The notes under the pieces: model-generated
What the model saw: the letters and a program-made list of their open reading frames with translations, nothing else
The model's database searches: none
What the model was told of the DNA's origin: nothing
Made by a program: the position numbers and the translations under genes
NCBI RefSeq assembly: GCF_001194135.2
Contig: NC_069001.1
Span: 25,468,837 to 25,514,287 of the forward strand
Length of the DNA: 45,451 nt
Origin: Octopus bimaculoides
Taxonomy: Eukaryota
Direction of reading: 5' to 3'
Shown: one piece after another, positions 1 through 10,800 of the stretch
How positions within the stretch are numbered: the stretch's first letter is position 1
Layout of the letters: every line of letters begins with the position of its first letter

Positions 1-354
1 TTACGCGTTCGTGACAACCTCATTTAGACTGACCAGCCCTTCCTGTTTGTCTTCACTGTCCTGTTTGTGTTACAAATTGAGACCCACCGAAAGATTCTAA
101 ATTTTATTTTATTTGCTTAGCGAAAGCAACTGTTCTATCGAAAGCGTATATTGTTGTTAAATGCTCGAAATACGAGAGTAGAAAAACAGCAACAACTGAG
201 GAAGGCTCCTGCTTGATGTTGTTTGTCTTGTTTTCCATTTGCATCTTTCGTTGTTCGAAAAATATCTCATATTCCATGTGCTCGTACTTCGTATTTTTGT
301 TGTACACGTTTCGTGACGTCCTGTGCCCACATATGCATGAATGTATACGTATAG

Positions 355-399
<45 letters not shown>

Positions 400-420
400 T
401 GTGTGTTTGTGTGTGTGTGC
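355..420. repeat. (GT)n microsatellite
   Basis: Direct dinucleotide run; it explains the CVCV/HTHT ORFs in the track. Confidence 0.95.
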
Positions 421-880
421 TTTTATTCATTTCTACAAATTTGCGTAGCGACTGTACGTGGCATTCCCCTGCCAAATTCTTTTCTGTGTTTTGCTTTCTT
501 ATCGCTAGATTTGTTACTAAAAAATCAGTTCTGCCAGTGGTTTCTAACATTGCTGATCATTTATTACATTGCTATTCTCATCAGGGTTTCTGTCAATCTG
601 GTTATACTACACTTTACGAAGTACGCTTTTGTATATATTTGTGTGTGAATATGCAGATTTTATTAAATGGTTTCCTAAGTATTTTTGTGAAATTGAGTGT
701 ATTTGCTGGTATGCTAATATGATGCATATATATATATACATACACTTTATGTACGGTAGATGAGTTCAGCAAAGATTCAGATTCAGATGAATGTGGTACT
801 TAATTTGAGACACATGAATTTAGTACAGTATTATCCAATTTTAAAGTAAGGTGATTAAAATCTTCTGGATATCACTGTTG

Positions 881-884
<4 letters not shown>

Positions 885-915
<31 letters not shown>

Positions 916-1379
916 NNNNNNNNNNNNNNNNNNNNNNNNNNNNNNNNNNNNNNNNNNNNNNNNNNNNNNNNNNNNNNNNNNNNNNNNNNNNNNNNNNNNN
1001 NNNNNNNNNNNNNNNNNNNNNNNNNNNNNNNNNNNNNNNNNNNNNNNNNNNNNNNNNNNNNNNNNNNNNNNNNNNNNNNNNNNNNNNNNNNNNNNNNNNN
1101 NNNNNNNNNNNNNNNNNNNNNNNNNNNNNNNNNNNNNNNNNNNNNNNNNNNNNNNNNNNNNNNNNNNNNNNNNNNNNNNNNNNNNNNNNNNNNNNNNNNN
1201 NNNNNNNNNNNNNNNNNNNNNNNNNNNNNNNNNNNNNNNNNNNNNNNNNNNNNNNNNNNNNNNNNNNNNNNNNNNNNNNNNNNNNNNNNNNNNNNNNNNN
1301 NNNNNNNNNNNNNNNNNNNNNNNNNNNNNNNNNNNNNNNNNNNNNNNNNNNNNNNNNNNNNNNNNNNNNNNNNNNNNNN

Positions 1380-1418
<39 letters not shown>
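885..1418. repeat. (AT)n microsatellite flanking assembly gap 916-1379
   Basis: AT runs on both sides of the N-block. Confidence 0.95.
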
Positions 1419-1419
<1 letters not shown>

Positions 1420-2894
1420 CATACACACACTATCCAAACGTCAGCTGACTTCCTATTGCCTCTTGTTGATATAGTGCAATCAAGGAAGATATACTGTACC
1501 GAGTTACCTTACATAGTATTATAAATCCATGTACAGTACACTCTACGTCAGTGATTCATCGTGGCCCATGTAACATTAAGAAGATATCTGCTTAACCCTA
1601 CAGTACTTTAACTTGATTAGATCGTTGTGATAATTTACTCCTTTTGTAGTCAGCAGAAAATGCCTTTATCTTTTACAATACCATCATTGTAGAGAGAGAT
1701 AAAAGAAAAGTCAATGGCATGAGTGATACCTCTTCATATTTGTAGAAAACCTGTTTGAAGTCAGCTTTATTGTCCAACGGCTTCATTCTCTCTCATGTTT
1801 CAGATATGATTCTTTTACGACGATTAGTGTATGATACCGTGTATACAGAAAATCCTTCCTCACAAATACAATTGTGTGTATTGGACATTTATAGAAAACC
1901 AAAATTTAGTAACTGACACTTGATACACGTAAAGTGTTAAGGGGAATATGGAATAGATTCAATAAAACGTTCCTATTCCTCTGCATTTAACTTTACCGAT
2001 CTTTCGTATGTATTTAGATGTGTATCAAATCAAAATGTCACTTAGTAACACGACAGTTTGATAATTTGGAAAGCAGTTAATTACTGAAGTATAAAAATGT
2101 ATCAAATATTGATGTTTCTTATTCAAACAAAATATGCTGAAATACCATCTGCGGTATTGTCGCTACGTATGTCGATGAAAAAGCCTTTAAAAATTAGGAT
2201 ACTCTTAAATTCACAGTCTTGTTTGTAAGCTTCCCAAAACTTCCCTATCATTTCAAAAGCGTCTACTTTACTTTCGGCGGTAAAACCTGTTACTGATATC
2301 ACTTTTAATGAAAACTTAATTCATATTAGAAAATACGTGTTCGAAATAGTAGTAGCAATAGTATCTTTCTACGAAGTAATCGTCAGTCTCAAAGCGCTAT
2401 GTGGGTTTGCCTATTTCATTACCCTCGGCTGTACTTAGATTGAAAGTATTCACTCGTTTAGAATCGATCTACGTTTAATAAAATCAAAAGCATATATTAA
2501 AGAAACTTTTTAAAGTTTTTTTTTTTTTGTAACTTTTAAAGGCAAGCACATAGCAGAGGAAAATGTATTACCTGCTGTCACAGTTTGGTGCCGTTACCGT
2601 AGAAAAAAATGGTAAATCACTAGCTGCTTTACGCACCAGAACTTTTGACATGAGAACCACAAATGATTATACTTCGTTTACAATCGAGTAAAGGATACAT
2701 TCATTATCAGCATGTCTACTTCTGTCTTTGCGTTCGTTATCGACATGTTGTAAATCATTCATTATTGTACAAATATAACATTCATTTCTAAACTAGACCA
2801 TGCAGTAAGTCTTTTGAGAACTGTCTATATAGGACCGCAATTGTCAATGGTCTACACCCTTTCTCAAACCATCCTGTTTACTTATATGTACATA

Positions 2895-3118
2895 TGCCTG
2901 TGTACATGTGTGTGTGTGTATGTCTGTGCGCGTGTGTGTATGTCTCTGTGTGTGTGTGTATGTCTGTGTGTGTGTGTGTGTATGTCTGTGTGTGTGTATG
3001 TCTGTTTGTCTGTGTGTGTATGTGTGTGCGTATGTTTGTCTGTGTGTATGTCTGTGTGCGCATCTGTGTGTGTGTGTGAGGTGTGTGTGTGTGTGAGGCG
3101 TGTGTGTGTGAGTGTGTA
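2895..3118. repeat. Compound (TG)n/(TATGTC) microsatellite
   Basis: Direct reading. Confidence 0.93.
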
Positions 3119-3151
3119 ATTAGCCGGTGGAGGTCGTTGACTGGTGAAGTC

Positions 3152-4052
3152 TTACATAGGCAATGCTCGAAAGAATGACTGGATGATCTTGCTTAGAAAT
3201 GCCTTTTTTCTTGTATATTTCTACAAGCAAGGATGATTTACCAGCAGTCAATAACGACCACAAAGACAAAACTAGACATGCCGATAATTAATTTCTCAGT
3301 ATGCTCTTTAGATCGTTTTAGCAAATCACAACGAGAGCCATTCTGGAGAATCGCTTTCATGTAGGAAAATGATTGGGAAATAAATGTGAAACGTTCGCCA
3401 TTTAGTCCGACAATTTATCCATTTGGCTAGCATTCCAACTTCATTTATAAACTACTTTGACAATTAAAAAATAAACGATGCATACATTTATAGCAGTACT
3501 ATGAAACATTTGCCAAATAATGGATCATATATTTGGCAGTAAGGAGACGCAACTATCGCTATGATATGTCTTTCAAACGGACAGATTATTTTCTAGGCAC
3601 ATTAAAATTTATGCAATATCAATATAAACGAGGAAATAAATATATCTCAATGAAAGTACTTGTACAAATACAGAGTGTATGTATACATAAACATCTTTGT
3701 ACATATATATATATATATATATATGTACATAGACCTAGATATATATGCATGTCTGTATGTATATTTATATTGGTTTATGTCTGTGTCTTTTGGTATTAGC
3801 TACTTGTGTTCTTTGGTCTGTAAGTGTGTCGGTGTACGCGTAGTATATCCACGCCTAGAAAAAATATTGTTTTCTCGTCTGTATTCAAAACGTATTTAAA
3901 AGAATATCGATAGCAATCGCGGAGGGGGAAAAGGGGAAATGAGAAAACATATATATGGAGACTACATCGTCAAATGCTGACCAGAAATCAATGGACACCC
4001 AGCATGAACTACGAATATATATGTATGTATGTAGGTAGGTAGGTATGTGTGC

Positions 4053-4111
<59 letters not shown>

Positions 4112-4289
4112 NNNNNNNNNNNNNNNNNNNNNNNNNNNNNNNNNNNNNNNNNNNNNNNNNNNNNNNNNNNNNNNNNNNNNNNNNNNNNNNNNNNNNNNNN
4201 NNNNNNNNNNNNNNNNNNNNNNNNNNNNNNNNNNNNNNNNNNNNNNNNNNNNNNNNNNNNNNNNNNNNNNNNNNNNNNNNNNNNNNNNN

Positions 4290-4332
<43 letters not shown>

Positions 4333-7300
4333 TGTCACAATACATTGTAGTACATTTAATTATTATATATGGGTAATTCAATAGATAGAGATGCTATTTT
4401 ATGTCTAGTTGTTTCTCTTTCTTGGTTTTTCTTTTCGCTTAATAACGAAAGTTTATCCAAGTGTGTTCCTCTATGAATATAATAAAGCTGTGTGTAGAGC
4501 GATAGGAGGATATCAGCATAGACCATATTGAACATTAAACACAAAGCAACTTCACACAAAAAAAACAGTTGTTGATGCCTTTCCTATTTTTAGCCCCTCA
4601 ATAAAGATGCAAATATATAACGCTCTTTGTATATGTAGGAGATATTGTTGTCATTATTTAATGTTCACGAAGCTTGTCCAATTGGCTAAGAAGTTCTCTT
4701 ATATGGCAAATGATAGAAGTTCGATTTCACTTCATGACATTTCATTGATAGCTATCGTTGCAGCCATATTTCGTTACTAGATTTCGATTTGCAGAAACTA
4801 TATTGAAGCTGACCGAGGTTGACTTTGCCTGTCATCCTTGCACGTTCAATCAAATAAATACCAACTGAGTATTGGGTTTTGATAAAATCTACTCGATCCC
4901 TCCACTCCGAAATTAATGAATTGATGCTAAAATTTGAAATCAGTATTGTTTCAAAGGCAGAGCAGTGATTGGGCAGAATCGTTAGCGTGCCAAGAAAAAT
5001 GCTTAAAGTTATTTCGTCTGTTTTTATTTACTCAGTTCGAACAACATGCGGTGCCGGCTTTGTCTTTCTTCTTTGCAGGGTCGATTATATAAGTGGTAAT
5101 TGAATACTGGAGCCGCTGTAATCAACTGACTCTCCTTCGCCCGAAATTGATGGCCTTTTGCAAAAATTTTAAATCAATATTACTTGAAAGATAGAGCAGC
5201 TAGTTTCCTTTACGTTGTGAGATCGTATCCCGCCGGTGTCAACGGTGCCTTTCGTCTTTTCGAAGTCGATACAATAAGCACTATTTGATCACTGGGGTTT
5301 ATGTGTGTGAAGGCGAGTTTTCAGAATACTTGTTATAAAACTAGCTGATGTTACACACGGGTATTTGTAACATGTGAAGATATTGGTAAAGGCTGGTTAC
5401 TTGATTAGATTTGTTATGTCTGCAACCTTATTGTGCGGAAATTCTTATGTAATATAAAGAAACGCGACACGTTATTATTTCAATGGTCAACTATTCCATT
5501 CCAGTGGATATTTTACTGACTATATTTTAAGTAAATTGCTGAGGATTGTAGCATGCGGCGCCTTTGTAGCATTCTTACAAACACTTAATAATTAAATCGC
5601 ATAAACTAGCTTAATGAAAACCAACATTACTTCGGCTACTACTGCTTTTGGGATCTGGCAACACGTTTTACAATAAACTCTGAATGGTTGCACAATGTAC
5701 TTAACGAAAATGAGTGCCCGCCAGCGTATGTTTGAATAAGAATTGTATACAAGATTGTATATGCATATTCCTTTCCTATATAGATGCATATGTGTATGTG
5801 ACGTTCCTGATTTACTCAACCTTGTATGGTCGTATGAACTGGGTTGCCAAAAACATTCGTTTTTTTTTTTTTTATTATGGAACAATAAGACATGTTTTAA
5901 ATAGAAAACTATTTATTCAATGAAATATTATTGCTATTATTTTCCGTATCATCTGCAATCTTGTACGTGATGCATTAATTCTTGCTTACAGAATTTCCAG
6001 TCTCCACCGGTGAAAAATACTTGCAGCTGAATTTTTACATCATCTATAGAGCTAAAAGTGTGTCTATTCGATGAATCTTGCTGAGACCGAAACAGGTAGA
6101 AATGTGATGGACCAAGGTTGAGTGAATATGAAGGGAGAAGCAAACATTCCAAGCCAAGCGCATATAACGTCTGCAACATGGAATTCCATCTTTAATCCTC
6201 ATTCTGTCAACAGCTCAAATGTAAAATTCTTCCCTTAAGACGAGGGCTGGTATTATCTGAAGATGGAATCAATTTTCAATCACTATTTTGGAACACTAAG
6301 CCCCCAGAAATAGCTGTTGGACTCATAAAAAGGCACGACTTACACAGAATAGAAACGGTATGAGGTATTAAAGGCGTTGAATAAAAGTGTTACATGTAGA
6401 CATATGCACATTTTTTGTATTAAATGAATATAATAGTTTTTGTATATCGACTTGCCTAACTTGTTTGTCCTTACATTTACTCCTATATATACATATATAT
6501 TTCGAACGCAAACAACACGCCGCAGATTCTATAGGTGGTATATGTATAGAGTAGCATATATAGTCTCTAACCTTGGTAGTTTAGGAGAATTTTAAATACT
6601 TTCCCCGATAATCTTACCTTTGCCCGTTTAACGTAAGAAGTATGACAGAACTGTTGTGCTTCTAGAATAGATGAGTAACTATAGAACAATAAATGGAAAA
6701 TTTCACAGACGTTCTCCTCGTACATATCTATGCAGCGAAGATCATTTTTTTTATTTTCTTATATCGAAAATGCTATCACTGATTGAACTTGTAAGATTTT
6801 CATCATATAGTAAGACATAACACTGAAAAAATTTCAGCATTCTCCAAGTCTTTGTAAAAGAGACATTGAAATTGTTGCGGATAAACTGCCTATATCACAA
6901 TGAGAACTCTTTTGAACAAAAGCAATCCTAAGCAGGAGACACCTGGTGTGAATAGAATCAATTGAACTTGGCCATCCTGTCGATAGTGAATACTACCTTA
7001 AGTATATTCATATAAACATAGAAGAATTGCTATTAAGAATCGAACGATATCTAGTAATATTTTTTTTGTTTCTTTTCTTGTTAAAACTCAGGAATTACTT
7101 ACGCTGCGTTCCTTCCCTTTGCATCAAAAATGATATCTCCTCTCTCTCCGGATATTGGCTTCAAATTTTGGCATGAAGCTAGGAATTTCGGGGCGGGGGT
7201 AAGTCGAGTATATGAACCCCAGGGATCAACTAGTACTTATTTCATCTATCCAGAGAGTATGAAAGCAAAGTCGGCCTCGGGAGGAATTGAACTCAGAGCT

Positions 7301-7542
7301 CAAAGACGGACAAAATGCCGTTAAGCATTTTCCACGGGACGCTAACGATTCTGCTAGTTCTTCGCATTGCTATATCCTGAGATAATAACTCGTTTGAAAA
7401 TCTCAACATATGAAAATATTATTTACAAAATGTAGTAGTAGTACTAATACTAGTAGTAGTAGTGGTGGTAGTAGTAGTAGTAGTAGTAGTAACAGTAGTA
7501 GTAGTTTTAGTAGTAGTAGTGGTGGTGGTAGCGGCGGCGGCG

Positions 7543-7585
<43 letters not shown>

Positions 7586-7662
7586 CAGTAGTAACAGTAG
7601 TAGTAGTAGTAGTACTAGTGATGGTGGTGGTGGTAGCGGCGGCCGTAGTGGTAGTAGTAGTG

Positions 7663-7693
<31 letters not shown>

Positions 7694-7855
7694 TAGTAGT
7701 AGTAATTATGGCAGCGTTATCAGCCGCAATCACTTCTGATTTTTAATCAGAAAATCATTCTCCTTTATCTTCCTTTGTTTTTGTTGACAGCGTGTACTTT
7801 AGACATTATCCAATTGGCACCTCTACGCTCACGCGCGCGCGCACGCACGCGCACG

Positions 7856-7895
<40 letters not shown>

Positions 7896-10800
7896 GATAC
7901 ACATACATTCACAGACATACACACACATACACTCACGCACACGCACACACAAACACACATTTGCTAGCCTTTTTGTTTTCATTTTCTAAGGGATATAGAG
8001 TTGCTATTTCTAGCAGTTCAACCGACGACCACCTAGCTAACACTCTCCGAACAGCAGTAGCAGCAGCTCTGACATACATCATACGAATTCTCATTCAATG
8101 TTAATATTTCCCGTTACAAGTTAGTATTTATATAAGAGAAGACTTGTTATTATTTTACTCATAATTAAAACCACATGGTCCTCCTGTGTGTCATCTTAAT
8201 TGGTTTCTGTTGTTTATTACTGAAATATTCACCGCTAATTTAATCTAGAGATCTTCAATTCGGTTAACGAAGTTTTTGTTAATTAAACTCACCAGACAAT
8301 ATTTCTTACTGTTGTCTGTTTGGAATCTACGTGATTTACTTTCATAACACACAAACACACACACATGTATATGTATTTTATATGCGTAAATGTATATATA
8401 TATACACACACATACGTGTATATATTGTGCGTGTGTGCCTGTATGTGTGTATATATATGTAGGCGCTATGTGGTAAGTAGCTTGCTTACCAACCACATAG
8501 TTCTGGGTTCATTCTCATTGCGTGTCACCTTGGGCAAGTGTCTTCTACTATAGCCTCGGGCCGACCAAAGCCTTGTGAGTGGATTTGGTAGACGGAAACT
8601 GAAAGAAGCCCGTCGTATATATGTGTGTATATAAAGCTCGTCGAAACGCCGGTGTTAAAACGTGGGTAGCTGATGAAGTAGAATGTTCTCTATGTGGCTC
8701 GTGTGTTCTCGTCTACGTTTGTTTGCAATGTCCTGTACCCAGATATGCACCTATACATACAGGTGGATGTCGGTATGCACATACCTGTACGTATATATGC
8801 ATATACNNNNNNNNNNGTGTCTGTGTTGCCCCCCACCACCACCACAACCTCTCTTGACAACTGATGGTGGCGTGTTTACGTCCCCGTAATCCAGCGGTTT
8901 GACCAAATAGGCCGATAGAATAAGTACTGGGCTTACAAAGAACAAGTCCTGGGGTCGGTTTGCTCGACTAAAGGCGGTACTCCAGCATGGCCGCAGTCAA
9001 ATGACTGAAACAAGTAAAAAAGAGTATATACCTATATGTATAAACATATATATACATATATATATATATATACACATTCATATTTATATAAATATGTGTG
9101 AGTGTGTGTGTGTGTATAAACATGCACATACACATACACATACATACGCACCTAAATACATGAAGACATATATATCGCGGGACTCCTAGAGAGACCGTAC
9201 CACTGAGAGTGTTTCAATATTATATATGCTTGTGTGAGCAACCTTGTGTGTAGGTGAGATAGACACGGAAATAATGAGATACATAGAAAAAATTTGTGAA
9301 ACACGAAAGAAATTAGAACAAGTTACATATAATGAGAAAGAATAAATATCAACGAATACATTGTTGTAAAAGGAATACAGGAATTAACATGCTCTAAGCT
9401 CCCTATCGCGAAATAAATTAATAATGGAATACATTTAGTTGGCGCAATGATTAATTAACTGAGATAACTTTTATAGGCATCTTTTTGCTTACTGTTTTCT
9501 GTGTTCATGTATTTAATTTTTTCCTCTTTACTTACGGTACCGCTAGATTAAATGAAACCTCTGCCTGAAGAAGCAATTATTATGATAAACATTTCGTCCT
9601 GAGAAAAGAAGGAAAAAATAAACATTTTATTATGGGAACTATTATACAATGTATTCATCATAAATTATCTTTACAATTTCCACAATCTGCTGTATGTATT
9701 AAAACTGAGATCTATTAATCGACTTCTCTGAAACCAAGGGAGACTATTTGGGAGTATTCTAACGTGTTTGACAGGTCGTTACTTGTTCGCTTATATTTCA
9801 CAGTAAACATTGCTGAATTAGCGTTATTTTTCACTTTTACTAATTTTTCTTTTTTAAATCGTACATTTCATTCACAGATACTGCATTTAAATTATTTACA
9901 TTTGACGTATATTTGACCTCATCTTGCTTGCTGTTAACACAACGTTTTGGCTGTATATCCTCCAGCCTTCATCAGGTGTCTCGGGGAAATTTCGAACCTG
10001 GGTTCTCATTCCTGAGGTATGTTTCGATGTTGTTGTTGTTATTATTATTCAGGTTACTGCCAGGAGTCGAACTCGGAATGTTGGGGTTACTAGCCCGCGC
10101 TCTTAACCAGTATATCATATGCCCGTGGGCAATTTTCCCAAGACACCTGATGAAGGCTGAAGTGTATATCAGCCGAAACGTTGTGTTAACCAGAAACCAG
10201 ATGTGGACAAATATCCGTCAAATGTAAATATAAATAATGTACATATTTCCTCATCTCTTAAATATAGAACTGTGCTGCATTTAGAGCAGAGGCTGTATTT
10301 AAAGTGTTATATTTCATTTTATATATTCATACGTGACAGATAGTATGGATTCCACGGTATGCAAGTGAAGCTACAAATTTGTCGCCTGCGAAGTTGTGTA
10401 TCCTAATTAGATTCATTCATGTGTTCCTCTGTTTTCTTTTCGCTATGTCGCGAATAACTTTTAAAGAGAAGGATGCATTGAATATGAGTGACAATGTCAA
10501 TAAATGAAAGAAACGAGGTACTCATAAAATAAGTGAAGAGCGAAATTAGATTTTTTCTTTCTACCTTACCTGTTTAGACGTGTGAAAAGGATCTACTAAC
10601 ATGTAAATGATTCATATTCACAGCAACAGTCTGAGATCAAATCAACTTCCTTTTATTCTTTTTTTACTTTTTTTCAATCATTAGACTGCAGTCATGCTGG
10701 AGCACCGGCTTGACAAATTTTAGCCAAGTAAATCGGTCCCCGTATCCTGATCTCTTGGTCGCTTTCGCCGAATCTTTAAGTTACAGGGTTATAAACACAC

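Larger units (their letters stand above)
9890..10274. mobile_element. Non-autonomous retroelement: tRNA-derived head between two inverted Penelope-like HHR arms, with 9-bp TSD
   Basis: Arms ~9890-9990 and ~10130-10237 are reverse complements; ctgcattta flanks both ends (9881-9889, 10275-10283). Confidence 0.85.

Noticed and set aside
5611-5725. Plus-strand exon-like frame LNENQHYFGYYCFW...ECPP
   Set aside because: Weak acceptor, no partner exons and no recognisable homology.
10051-10125. Functional tRNA-Thr gene
   Set aside because: The acceptor and D stems pair poorly and it lies inside a TSD-flanked repeat; treated as a SINE head.
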